From: Orbicella franksi
Lineage: Eukaryota
Length of the DNA stretch: 64,000 nucleotides
Reading direction: 5' to 3'
Assembly: GCA_964199315.1 (NCBI GenBank)
Contig: OZ116699.1
Span: 18,290,001-18,354,000, forward strand
The notes below the pieces were generated by a model. That model did not search any database, was not told where the DNA came from, and was given only the letters and a program-made list of their open reading frames with translations. Shown here piece by piece: positions 1 through 12,800 of this stretch (position 1 is the first letter of the stretch; each line of letters begins with the position of its first letter). The position numbers and the translations under genes are program-made.

Positions 1-3000
1 GTAGATTCGATGATACATAATGGGTTCAAATTACTGAGTAACCTTATTCTAGCCTGGGACGTGAAATGACGGTTTTTCATACTATGAATGTTGCCACTCG
101 GAGTGGCAACTCGAGCAAGATATGGCTTGCGTTTAGTTGTGCCTGTATGATTCAGTTGTATTGACCTGTTTCAGGTTTTCTTATAACAGGGGCTGAAGGA
201 AAGAGATTGCAACGAGCAAAACTGAAACATAGCTATAATCATTTCTAGTGAAAACCCTGTTATGTAGTTTTATCTTCAGTTACCGGCTAGGGAACTATGT
301 TAAAGACCTCGTACACAGGCAAGACAAGTTTGCGTGTGGAAACAATAAAAACTTTGAGGGCTCCAAGATTCTAACTCATTGTCTTTTCTGACATATTAAT
401 ATTGGCCTTAGTTTTCAAAACCTCGTAATGTTGACCGTAGGTGAATGGACCTGAGATGATAAAGGCTTGATGAATCTATTCTAGTCTACAGGTGTTCTGC
501 AGAGTTCACGGTGATCGTTCTTTTTCTTTTTTAATTTGTAAACGTCATTAAGAAGTGCTACCTACTTTCAAATCCCGCGGCCTCTTGGCCAGGCAAACCA
601 AGTGTATACAGGTAAATTTGCAATAACAGAAACTGTGCATGGTGTCGCGGGAACAGAGAAGACCCGGAGCGGAAATTGGAAATTGAATCTTTCACTACAG
701 CGAAAACGTAGATAACTGTCATCTTGGATGCAAACAGACTAATTACCTACTATTTCAGAAACGCATATAACGCATTATCACTATCGCTAGTCATAATCAC
801 ATTGAACCCAATAATTTTCTTTATCCGCAGAGCCAAAAATTTACCTAACATCATTCAGGTAAACTGCAAAATGCACTTTTTTGGTAGGGCGAAAAAAGAT
901 ATAGGAAACAAGAAAATGATCCGTTGCAATTATGTGATTGTTTTTGTTCAGGCAAAAGAAAAACAGCTGTCATAGATGCTGCTGGCTGATTCGCTACAAG
1001 CAAAAGAAAACCGGCTACTCATGTCAACTGCTTATCATAAGTTCTGTCAAGACTGTCAAGCCATGTCGGTTGAATCTCAAAGTGACCACTTTACCGTACG
1101 ATGCACCTGCAATAAACTGCACGGTTTAGTTACGTACCGATAAAGTGGACAGATTTCACTGACCAGCGTTCCCTCTCAAGCGTCCGGTGATTCAGGTAAG
1201 AGACAGTTTCCCAATGAAGTTGTCTTCTCAGTCGGTTTCCTGTCACGCCAGTTTTTTTGCATTGATCAAGCGATATTGTTTGTTTTCCTTCCCTTGTTGT
1301 AGATATAATACAATTCTCGGCAATTTTTAAAGCTTCTCGAGGGCAAACATTACAGCCTAAATTATCAAGGGGAATAATAATCCAGTCAGTTCCCCTTTTC
1401 CCATAACTGAGTTAGTACATTTTTTGACTATGTTCTACTTCAGTACAAAACTTTCATTTCATCGTTATTGCTTGGACGCAGTAGCTTTCTATCTAAAGGC
1501 GTTCTGTTATTATCCTGTATATTTACACAAGCCTCATGATTTTCAAGACACAACATTAAATCCATAATCATATTTATCAGGTTTCGCTTCTATTCAAAAA
1601 TGAGCTACGACTATCTGTATTATAATTAATCGTTTTTGTAAATTCTAGATCTATGTCTCTCAAAGAGTTCAGAAAATGAGACCCATATTACCTGAAAGGG
1701 AGAGAGAGAAGTATCAAATCAAACGAATGATCCTAACAACAAGGGTTTTCCTTTTTCAGTTGCTATCTTTAAAACATACCACTTTCGAGGTGTCGTTTGT
1801 AGTTTTTTTTTTCTTAATAAAAAAACTCAGTAAAACATTTCAAAGGAAAGTGTTTGTTTGTCTGAGTCCAAACTAACACACGTAAAGATCCCATCCCAGC
1901 CTGAAAATTTGCATAATCCGTCGTGGGACAACTGCCATATGTCTTCCTATCCTGTTAAGATAAACATTATTAAGTCTTATGTTGGTCAGTGCAGGTTAAA
2001 TGTCTCGGAATAGCTCACTTCGTACACATGCTGGCAGTACGATTGCGCTTTTGATGTATTATGCGATATTCACCTCGCCCTTTGTAACGATACAGTGCAA
2101 TCCTGGTGTTCGAACCACCTATGGGACGAAATTAATTGGTTCGATAAATCGGGAATTTTACAAAACTGAGGGTAGAGTTTTTGTAACATTTTGCAAAAGA
2201 AGCAAAATCAAGGTTTCGAAAAATCGGGATTCAACTGTGACAACAACTATAGATTATCTTGTCAGTTTTTTTCTTCTAGGCGATTGTGCAAGAGCTTAAT
2301 CAGCAGTTTAAACCGTTCATTTATAATAAATTTAAATTAAAGGGGAAAAGCATTGGGTAAATTGTGAGATTGCAACGCTAGGCGGGAGTTCGCTAGGTAA
2401 TACATTGCAATGGAGTCCGGCAAACGATTCCTTATATTAATATATTAGCCACGAAAAACAAGAAATTTGTCCCGAGAGATGAAGAGATCAGACCAAATCC
2501 TGGTGTGACTGCAAAGTTTCACAACTCATAGCTAAATAATTTGAAGAAGGAGCCTTTCGAAAGCACTAAAAAATGTCTGAGTTTTTATATTAGTGGGAAA
2601 AAATTTACTTGCGGCTCTCTCATGATCACGAATATTGATAAATCAGTCTTTGTCGGGCATAAAAAAAAATTGCCTTCTTTTCTCCTGATTATAAAGAAAA
2701 GTTGTTTCTAACCAGGGAAATTCGTCAGAACAAAAAAAACGCAGAATATTTAAATAAGGGTGACATGATTACATGTAAAAGGTCATATGCTTTTCTTATT
2801 AAGACAAAGTAATCCCGAAATTAACAGATTGGCATCGAATTTTCTCGCGCTAGAAATCAGTATGATAGTTGTTTTTTTTGTGTGGCATTCGCCAGTACTT
2901 TGTCAGTTACAATACTGAACACCTTATTGACCTCATTGTACTAAAGGACGGTTTATCTTCTTCAAAAATGTGTTCACATGATCAGAAATTTTCTCATCTC

Positions 3001-5131
3001 CCAAATATATTCATAAGTGGTTTAGTGATTTGTCGACAAAAAATCATGGTCTCGACTCAAAAGGTTCTGACTTCTGAGAAGACCGGCGAGATCTTGATCG
3101 TGTGAAATACGTCAAACTTCTTAAAAAAAAATTAGCCTCAGTCTTTCAAGTTAATTCGTCGTTTGCAAACTGTCTAAATCTTTCTCAGTTACTAAAATCC
3201 TCACTTTCTATTGGTTTACTGTTGTTTCTTACGTTTTTTCTGCTTTGGTCAGCCACATTATTTCGAGGCTTTTTCGTTCAGTGGAAGTTGTTTTCTCAAC
3301 ACAAAGAAAATCTTGAAGTATATCGTGACAGCTTCTTCAAATTAATCACCCATTTTGTACAAATAAAGCAATCGACGGGCCATTTTTTTTTTTTTTTTTT
3401 GTTTGTTTTTTCTTTCTTCACTTTTTTGAAGTCGAGTTGTTATAGTTGACACTGCTCGGCTGAAAAAATAAAACGCAATGTGTTTCGCTTTGATTCGGTA
3501 GGTAAGAAGACGACCGTGTATGTTCCGAACCAAAAAGAAAAACAAGATGAGCTGAAATATTCTTGGAAAATCATCATAAATATATCCTTTATTTATTTTA
3601 GATGTTAATAATTTTTCAATTTAAGTTATCTCGTCGAAAAAGTGAATCTGTTTTGGTGGCATGCTATAACTTGCTACGTCAGAAATACACTTGTTATAAA
3701 GAACCTTTTAATCAGTACGGTGCCAAGCATTGAAGTATTGTTGGCAGATATCCTAAACAATTTTAACGAGAAATTATCATGGTAGGTGAATTTTAGAAAC
3801 CAAAAAGAAACTTAGGTATACAGGAACTTCTATAACTAGCGGTTTCGTTGAAGGCGAACTTACCGATTAAGCTAAATCCACCACAGCTAAGCAATGAGAG
3901 CCCGGCAACCTCTCTTAATCGTACCTGTTGAAAGCTTATGAAAACACTGAGTTTCACAGCCCAAGCAGAATTATGGAGTAACAAAGGTTAGTGAGTGACA
4001 GCTGAATTAAAGTTTAGATCAATGAAAGCTGACTTCTGCCCTTTATGCTGTTCATTAAAGTGTAAAAAAATGGAGTTATCCCTTATCTGTATAATCACTC
4101 TCTAGAGTGACGCATTATCATAAATCTCTCTTTAAAACTAGATCACGTTCGAGTCAAATCACTAATGTGAAAAAAATCGTTAACTAACGAGGTGATACGT
4201 AAGCTAACTATGCGACAATTGTCAAGTTCTCTCCACTGCTTCGGTCAGTCTTTCATATGGAGTTTAGACGAGAGAGGGTTAATGCAGAGGGTTGAAAGAT
4301 TTTACGTATGTTTCTGTTCCATTTTCTCTAGCTCCTTCGTTTTCAAGCGAATATTCTCCTCAACAAACATACTGACAACTGACACCTTTTGAAATGTATG
4401 TTCTTCTTGGAAGAATTTATAATCCGGAGAAAAAACAACATCGGCCTTTCTCGGCGTCAAATACATCCATGACATTGTTTTTATCGCTTTTCCTGTTATC
4501 CCATACTATATTTCGCTTTTATCCTTTAAATGGCTTTTTCTAATTGACGATTTATCCCTTCTTCACTAAGCTAATTGGCGACTGGGAAATCTCCAAGTAA
4601 AATCCACCAGGAAACAGCTTGATTAAATAATACTTACAAAATGCGCAGCCTCGACCGGTGAATTGACTGATCGACGTCAGGGCAGATAATCAAGGTGATA
4701 CGAGGTCTACTTACGCATCGCGAAATTAATATGGGAGAAATCGACGCGCTAACGTCACATCTGTTTGCTGAGTCACACGTAATAACGAAAATATATGCCA
4801 TTTTTTCGTTTTTGTGCGGTTATTTTAGAAAGATTAGTATTGTAACAAAAATATTTGAGTGGCACATGAATGTAGACACATTTCCACCACTATTGACTGA
4901 TCAATCACGTTTTTCCAAATAAAGATTTTCTTTCAAAGTTTCGATAATTTTGAAAAACTTCTTATCTCTTAATGAGGATATTGAAGGTTAGAATTGAAAC
5001 AAATTGAAACCCGGCATTTAAGCTGATTTTCCCAAAAAGTTGGAGACAAAGTTTGTAAATTTTTAAAACACCATTGGAAAAAAACAGGAGCCCATTATCC
5101 GGAGCCTCTATCTCCCATACTAACCCTGTGA

Positions 5132-5381
5132 GTCAACCCTTTCCCGTATCTTTCTATTTTTCGTAACAGCTCTCGTGGGAGTTTTCACATGACCCCTATT
5201 CAATACCCAATTATACCCGAGCTAAGGCCATTCTTTGTTATAACGAAGACTGAAATGCCACTTTTGTGCCCTGTTTTGCATTTTCTATCTGTAGGAACAA
5301 GATATTTTGTGGGAAGCCAAGAGACCCTTGCGGTTATTACAGTTCTAACTGAAAAATAGAATGATACGGGAAAGGGTTGAC
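5132..5381. mobile_element. MITE-like element with 31-bp terminal inverted repeats
   Basis: GTCAACCCTTTCCCGTATCTTTCTATTTTTC (5132-5162) is the reverse complement of 5351-5381 at 30/31 positions. The interior is non-coding. Superfamily not assigned. Confidence 0.6.
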
Positions 5382-6792
5382 CCTACTTTACAGTGCGGAT
5401 GGAGGCTTCGGGTGATTGGCTCCTGAAAAAAATTATTTTGTGAAGTAAAAGCATACATAAGCTACCAGAAAGTGAATTTTATCCGAAATATTGATACTGG
5501 GGCTTTTTCGATTAGTCTATGATCTTTCCAAACAAAAATAGTAGCATCGAAACCAACACGCGAAAGTCCTCAGCTGCACGTGGGTGGCTCGAAACTTAGG
5601 ACATTTTTATCATCATTGACGCTTCTATAAACTACGCACGGAATTTAATAATTCGTATTCACATCTCGCACTTAAGATGCCATGAGACTGAAAATGCGCG
5701 AGACAAGGATGGCTAAATGCCCGGCAGATTTGCTTTTCGAGTACTGCTTGTTCGGGTTGAGCTTGACAATTAGTTGGCGTGGAAACTCTAAGGTATTATT
5801 CCCAGATTATGACGAGTACCGCTAAGCTCGTAAAGTGAATCCTGCTTTATAATATTTCGTTTGTGAATTATGGTTAAATGCGCACAATTGCGCTGAAACT
5901 ATCATTGGCAGCAGTTTATTGACTATTTATTTTTGCTGTCACCTGCGAGCTGTGACGCCCTCATGCTGCTTTGAAATGCCGATGACTCTTCAGAATCAGA
6001 CAGTTAAGTTAAGAGGGATTTCTTAATTGATTGTCAAGTCATTTACATAAATTGAATCGAATTTAAGTATATGCATACAGGACGTTTTTTTATCTATATC
6101 ACCGAGTAGAAGATCATTAGCTTTTGTTCGTTTTTATTATTTTTTCCAATATAGAACAGTCGTGACCAGCATATAAATTTTACAACTCTTGCGATAATTG
6201 CAAAAAGCCAATTAGACAGTTTTTTCTTTCGACTCTGTTTACGTCGAAAATTGCATTTACGAGATATGGGCTTGGATTAAATTGGTTAAACATCTCAGGA
6301 AGTGAATTTCTATTCGCTGCGAATGGTAAGTAATTTCTTTGTCAGCACGAATCAGAAAACATCAACAGCAGGCGACGCTTTTAAATAAGGACATTTACAA
6401 AGAGCTTTTACTAGCTCTCTTTGCTATATTGATCAACTATCACAGCGTTTAAAGTGTCAGCCAAATGCAACTTAAGCAGAACAAATGTACGACTTCTTGG
6501 CTAAACCGTTTCTCCACTTTATAGGTAAGCTGAATTCTATATATATCTATCACTGATGCTATAAGACTGTCGCGAGCTTTGATCTACAGTGGGTGGCTTG
6601 AAACAAGGTTTTCTGTGTGTGGAAGCGCGACTCAGGTTAAGGACATGTTTACTCACTCGTTCGCTGCAGGGAACTCTTGAAAAATTTCATTTCCTAGTGC
6701 TATGTTCACAAATTATCTGAGTTTGACTTCTTTATTAAGGAAAGGAGTATTCTTTGCAGAATGTAACATTTCTAAACTAATCTTTCAGAATC

Positions 6793-7235
6793 TTCAGTTT
6801 TACAAGATGACGCTGGTTCGATTTCTTTCGATTTCTTCAGTTCGAACGTACTTAATTAAATGTGCACGTGCCGTGCAGACATTATGGGAACTGCTCATAA
6901 GACACACTCCGTAAAAAATTACAGACATCATTCGTAATTCAGTTTTACCATATGACGCCGGTTCGACTTCTTTAGATTTCTTCGTTTCGAACGTGCTTAA
7001 TTAGATATAGTGTGCACGTGCCATGTAGACATTACCGGAACTGCTCATAAGACACACTCCTTAAAAAAAAAAACAGAGATCGTTCGTAATTCAGTTTTAC
7101 AATATGACGCCGGTTCGATTTCTTTCGATTTCTTCAGTTCGAACGTGCTTAATTAAATCTGCACGTGCCGTGCAGAAACTATGGGAACTGCTTATAAGAC
7201 ACTTTCCATATAAAATATAAACCTCGTTCGTAATT
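6793..7235. repeat. Tandem repeat, 3 copies of a ~145-152 bp unit, each containing CACGTG
   Basis: Units start TTCAGTTTTAC at 6793, 6938 and 7090. Each shares TGACGC..GGTTCGA, TTCGAACGT, GCACGTGCC and GGAACTGCT.ATAAGACAC. Confidence 0.92.
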
Positions 7236-7642
7236 GGGTTAAAATTAAATCCTCCAGATGTCTGTGCAATGTTTCTAATTCCGGAAAGTGCCGCCGAATT
7301 TTGACTTTTAAAAGCCGGTCCAGTATTCAGGAAATTAATCTATCATAGCCATAAGCAATTTCTGACCACTTTCCGACAGTAACTCAACAATAATGACAAA
7401 AAAAGTGACAGCTAAGGAAACTAATTTTCAAGAAGTCAGACAAGCGATATAACGACTCCTCACTCAATTTCCTTACCACTACCTTTCAGCTGCAAGTGGT
7501 TACTGCTGAGGCAATTTAATGAAACCTAGTTCTATCTTTTCAATTTCGATCCTCTCACTATATTTGTCTCTTAATTTCCACAGTAAACGGCGTTTCTTTC
7601 ACAAGAGGCAAAGATTTTCGATCTTCACTGAAGAAATCCCAA

Positions 7643-8668
7643 ATGGAAAACAGTTCATCTAACGAAACAACATCAGGATCTGCGACTTCTGGTTTCGCAT
7701 CAAGAGCAGGCGTGTGGTACTGGGTGCTAAGAGGTCTGATTGGTTTAACAATTTTGGCGGGAAATGGTCCTGTCATTTACGTCATAGTCACTTGTCACAG
7801 GCTCCACAAAGCAGCCAACTGGTTTATTCTCTCACTATCGTGGGCGGACCTATTTGTCGGGCTTTTTTTGATTCCCGTGTCTACATCTTGTGCTCTTTGG
7901 ACGACTTGTAACTTCTCAGTCCTGATACTGAGTTTCGACCTTGTGCTGTTCGTTTCCATCGCCAACATGTGCGCAATGACCGCTGACCGCTACCTCTCCG
8001 TGGTGAAGCCGCTGACCTACTTTCAAAACATGACAAACTCGCGCGTTTTTCTATGGATTTCTGTGGCGTGGATCGTACCCATTCTCTTCTCGCTCATCCC
8101 ATTCGCGTGGATATTTACTAATTCCCCCGCGCAAAGAGAGAGTGCATTCGAGATATACGGAACTTTGCAAATTATCACCTTCAATCTGCTGCCTTGTGTC
8201 GTGATGTTACTGATATACGGACACATTTTCATCATTTCTCAAAAACATTCCAGGCAGATCCGCGCCCTGACTAAACACCAGCACCTATCCCAACCACAAC
8301 TGGCAGTTAGTCCTCGTCAAGTAACTCAAGAACGATCAGCAACAAGGGTTTTTGGGCTGGTCGTGTTATTTTTCGTGTTATGCTGGATGCTGTCGGCTTA
8401 TCGTCATTTGTGTCAGTATTTTTCTCTTGAGTGTAGCGTTTCTTTTGAATTAACTCTCATTTCTCGTCTTCTCATGTTGACCAACTCCGCCATTAACCCA
8501 TTCATTTACGCCTTCCTAAAGGAAGATATAAAGAGAGAAGTAAAGAAATTACTTTGCAGGCATAAACCCAGAACAGTGAGTTTTAACACGCACATCCCAT
8601 CTGTCCATAGTTACAGACAGAGGGGTGAACGCTCCAACGATTTGTCAATAGTTATAAATGCATACTGA
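7643..8668 (+). CDS. Class A (rhodopsin-like) GPCR, orphan, 341 aa, intronless CDS
   Basis: Seven hydrophobic segments with GN in TM1, LSWAD in TM2, MTADRY at the end of TM3, W in TM4, LP..M..IY in TM5, CWML in TM6 and NSAINPFIY in TM7. A polypyrimidine/CAG acceptor at 7581-7583 suggests a 5'-UTR intron. Ligand class cannot be assigned from sequence. Confidence 0.93.
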   Translation: MENSSSNETTSGSATSGFASRAGVWYWVLRGLIGLTILAGNGPVIYVIVTCHRLHKAANWFILSLSWADLFVGLFLIPVSTSCALWTTCNFSVLILSFDLVLFVSIANMCAMTADRYLSVVKPLTYFQNMTNSRVFLWISVAWIVPILFSLIPFAWIFTNSPAQRESAFEIYGTLQIITFNLLPCVVMLLIYGHIFIISQKHSRQIRALTKHQHLSQPQLAVSPRQVTQERSATRVFGLVVLFFVLCWMLSAYRHLCQYFSLECSVSFELTLISRLLMLTNSAINPFIYAFLKEDIKREVKKLLCRHKPRTVSFNTHIPSVHSYRQRGERSNDLSIVINAY

Positions 8669-8744
8669 ACTGTTACAAACATACGAAAAACAGTGTAAAA
8701 AAGAGCATTTTTATCTAGTATTATATTAAATATTTGTTGGATAA

Positions 8745-8987
8745 GGTAGGTTAAGTCTGTGTCTGGCTAAGTGGTCCATACCGCTTGAGCTTATCCAGTG
8801 TTCGGTAGCATGAAGCGAGTAGGTGTATTTCTGCTCTTTCCCCCCGAATAGAATCCTAGTCCTGCACGGAGGGTTAACCTCCCCCCCTCCAACCCCCCCT
8901 TCCCGTACATATATATACACATGGATACGGAGAGGCACTGTGAGAGTAAAGTTTCTTACCTAAGAACACAACGCAGTGACTCGAGCC
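8745..8987 (-). mobile_element. SINE-like interspersed repeat (tRNA-headed family), degenerate copy
   Basis: Shares GAGCTTATCC..TAGCATGAAGCGA and GAGAGGCACTGTGAGAGTAAAGT.TCTT.CC.AAGAACACAAC with copies at ~48870 and ~54371 in this window. Family identity is from recall, not from a search. Confidence 0.65.
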
Positions 8988-9117
8988 AATCGAACACGGA
9001 CATGAACCCGGCTCACAATTTCAGTGTTTTAAAACTACTGCGAGAAAGAGAATCGAAAGGAAAATCACTTTTATATTATTACGTCAACAGCTCGTGCTAG
9101 TTCTGCGTTTCTATCGA

Positions 9118-9812
9118 GTTTTAGTATAAATCTACTAGCGTTCTATCACGAATATCACGAATTAAACAGGGAGAACGTTCCCATTTAAATAACTACAGCC
9201 CTATTTCTGTAATTCCTGTTGTGGCTAGGGTCTTTGAGAGAATCGTATACAATCGATTTTACGAATATTCAACTGAAAATAATCTAATTTCCTGTAATCA
9301 GTCAGGGTTTCGTTCACTTCACTCCACTGTTACTGCCTTACTCGAAGCCACTGATAATTGGGCTTTAAATATCGATAAAGGCAATGTTAACGCAAGTAAT
9401 ATTTCTAGATCTGAAGAGAGCTTTTGACACCGTCGATCACTCTATATTGCTATCTAAATTAAAAGCCTATGGTGTCGGAAGAAACTCGTCTAACTGGTTT
9501 AAATCCTACTTGGATAATCGTACACAGAAATGTTTTGTAAATGGCTCTCTCTCGAATAGCCAACCTTTAACTTGCGGTATTCCTCAAGGTTCAATCCTTG
9601 GATCTCTCCTCTTTATACTCTATATAAATGATCTACCGAACTGTCTTGTTAACTCACATCCCAGATTGTATGCGGATGATACTCATTTGACCTTTTCCAG
9701 TAACGATGTTGCGCATCTAGAGGAAAATATGAACGATGATCTAACTAAAATTACTGAATAGTTAACGACAAATAAACTCACTCTTAATAAGTCAAAGACT
9801 GAGTTTATGTTG

Positions 9813-9865
<53 letters not shown>

Positions 9866-10178
9866 CGACTGTAATTCTATTAAACAAGTAGAATTTACGA
9901 AATCTCTTGTAGTATATATAGATGAAAACTTAACTCGGAACGTACATATCGAACATATTTCCAAAAAAATTGCCTGCTGCATTGGCATCTTGAAGAGAAG
10001 CAGGTTTTTTGTTCCTTTTGAAACGCTCCTATGCATCTATAATGCTTTAGTTCAACCTCATTTCGATTACTGTAGCGTCGTATGGGGTAACTGCAATAAA
10101 TCTCTTTCAATTAAACTACAAACACTACAGAATCGCGCTGCGCGCATTTTGACCTCTTCTTCGTATGATGCCAATGTG

Positions 10179-10215
<37 letters not shown>

Positions 10216-10404
10216 ATCTTGAACGAGAATTAAAAACAGCCACTATGGTCTATAAATCTCTGGTCTCGCCCCTGATTATCTGAAATCAATGTTTACTGAT
10301 CGGAGTCCAATATCTACCTTTTCTCTGAGGAATTGTGAGGGCAAACTAGCTGTTCCACTCCCCCGCGCCAATTTTCAGTTTCAGCTAGTAGTGCGGTGCT
10401 GTGA

Positions 10405-10436
<32 letters not shown>

Positions 10437-10604
10437 AACTCTTGCTAGTTTTAAATCCGGCTGCAGGGGTTTCCTTTTTCATAATAAATAAGTTAATTAA
10501 TCACACAACATTCATGGAAAGTAGGCACTTCGTTGTTGTTTTTATTTTTGTTGTTATTAGATTTAATTAGTAGTAGATTAGTATCTTAACAATGCAATCA
10601 ATGC

Positions 10605-10637
<33 letters not shown>

Positions 10638-10972
10638 ACCCGTGTATAAATAAAGTTAAATAAATAGATAAATAAATAAATAAATAAATAAACTATAAAT
10701 GCTGTCCTCTGAGTGGCTACACTACTCACTATCTATGCTGCTGTAGATAGTGAATAGCGCGGTACAAGTGTGCGCTTGTTAACAGGCTGACGGCCCCTTG
10801 TTCGCGTTTTCGAGGTGTCTATGAAGAGAATTTAGATAAAGTTTTAAACGACTAGTAGATTTATACTAAAACAATTAGATTATCCGCTCTCGATTTCTAC
10901 GCGTGATAGCTGACTCGGGCTGCCTCGTCAACTATCACGCGATAGAAATCTCGAGCTTATAATCTAATTGTT
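9118..10972. mobile_element. Non-autonomous inverted-repeat (palindromic) DNA element interrupted by a LINE
   Basis: Perfect 21-bp inverted repeat GTTTTAGTATAAATCTACTAG at 9118-9138 and 10852-10872. A ~100-bp hairpin spans 10870-10972 (AACAATTAGATTAT...ATAATCTAATTGTT). Confidence 0.6.
9166..10692 (+). mobile_element. 5'-truncated L2/CR1-clade non-LTR retrotransposon (disrupted reverse transcriptase)
   Basis: RT motifs spread over ORFs 9221-9427, 9384-9761 and 9807-10283: [78 protein letters not shown]. Frameshifts and stops are present. The 3' (TAAA)n tail lies at 10648-10692. Confidence 0.92.
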
Positions 10973-12559
10973 AAATAGAATTACATGTTAGGGCCCATGC
11001 AGAGTAACGATATCACTGGAAAGAAGAACTTGATTGCAGTTACGTAGGAAAAGTTCCCCATATTCCTCCTCCGTATTTCTCTCACTCATACCACACTACT
11101 GTTTCATTTATAAGCTTTCCTTCGATTTGAGAGTATACTAATTAAAAACAATTCGCAAAAAAAAAAAAATAGATAAATAAATAAATAACTTCGTGTATCG
11201 GTACAAAGCGTCAATTTTCAATTAATTATTGCGTCATGATACGTGAAATAAACTTAGTTTACATCTTTAGTACTGAGAAATTGTTACCTTTATTAAATAT
11301 TGCTAGATCTTAACACTGAAAGGTTTTGTTGAGTAGAAAAAAAAAACACAAGAAAACAAAAAAATGTACTAAACTGCCGCAACCTGAAATTCAAACAATA
11401 CAAGTGAATATTCTCGAGATCCCCCTTGTCTGTGACCAATTCTAGGTTTGAAAATTCGTATTACCCGAGAACGGAAGACCAACATAGGCAAGTTACTTAA
11501 GTTATATATGGACTTCTACTAAGGAAGATCGTTTTGGTGAGATTTTAACACGCGATTTTCAATGGCCTGCCTTCTATTAATCTGGGCTTTGCGAATACCC
11601 TGTTCAAATGTTTTGTAGTCTGAAAGACAGCTGGATAACTGATAAACGTGAAGCATTCAATTTAGTATCCATTTTTTCTGTCCGTTATGTTCCTGAAGTT
11701 TCTGTCAGTTTTACAAAAACACTGAGCAACTGCTACCCGAAATGGTCCAAACAATAGCACTGGATTCACCGATATTTCTCACGGGAGAATGCGAAAGCTA
11801 TACCCGCATCCAACACTGTCATCTGCGTAAAAGTTAGAAACGCCAATTTCCCAACATCTTAATCCCGTTCCCACGACTACAAGTAACAGCTGAGTTTATA
11901 GCGCGGCTGTACAACTGTCCATTACGGCAGGTACCACATTGTTGTTTAACAAAGAAAAGAAAATTCTCACAACTAAAAACGCCCCCAATTTGTCAAAAGC
12001 CTGTAATTTTGTTTTATTTAACCCTTATTTGCAGTTAAATGATTCAATAACAGAGTTTTTCGATTTGAAATAAGCACAAGAGCCGAAAAGTGCCAATTAT
12101 TTTTCAGTTACGCTAATCATTGTTTGTTCTGGAACTTACGTTTCGCGTGAATACATGATTGTTTGGAATTGTCAAACTGTAGACAAACGAGTTCTCGCTA
12201 TTAAAACTACAGTAATCCTTAATTAAGGACCTGCTCTATAGTTAGCCTGCAGTCCCAAATTTTAAGTGATTGAATAATCCATTATAGGTTTAAAATAAGT
12301 ATACAGACGAGGACCCCATCATATCTTAAGTTAACAGCCGGCAAGATGTCCGCTTCATGTAAAGTTGGTATAGTTTCATTCTGAACGCTTTTGAGTTCTA
12401 GGTTCGTGATTCGCGACTATGAGCAATTAATTTTAACCATTTCTATGTAAACATTTGCTGAAAATAGCTTGTTTAAGATAAAGCCATACATTCGACAGTT
12501 AATTAGTACCATAGAAGTTCAAAGAACTTCCATCAACGGCTCCGAGAAAATAGATAGCT

Positions 12560-12800
12560 AACGAGGGGCGTAGCGCCGAGTTGACCATCTCATATCAACT
12601 CATATCCAACAAGCTCGACTGGAATGATTGTTTTATTAAAAACGCCCCCAAAATATAGAAAACTAAAACTTCCGAAAAATTATGCGTACGCTTTCCATGT
12701 TTGTAGAGAATGGTATTATGGCTCATACCACGTACCACGATGGCTAGGCCAATAAAACTATTGAATTGCAGTTATCCCTGATCCTGTTTTGAATAATTTG
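12560..12800. repeat. Interspersed non-coding repeat fragment (probable non-autonomous DNA element)
   Basis: CATCTCATATC..CATATCCAACAAGC.CGA.TGGAAT.ATTGTTTTATTAAAAACGCCCC resembles a repeat I recall from coral genomes. There is no second copy in the window. Confidence 0.35.

Noticed and set aside
1-5000. Short ORFs and isolated splice-like sites in the first 5 kb
   Set aside because: No consistent exon chain or domain. They may include 5'-UTR exons of the GPCR, but this cannot be supported from sequence alone.
6793-7235. CRISPR-like array, or a hammerhead in the repeat (minus strand CTGAAGA-AATC-GAAA)
   Set aside because: This is eukaryotic DNA and the units are fully homologous with no unique spacers. 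The hammerhead-like string has no stem II or matching stems I and III.
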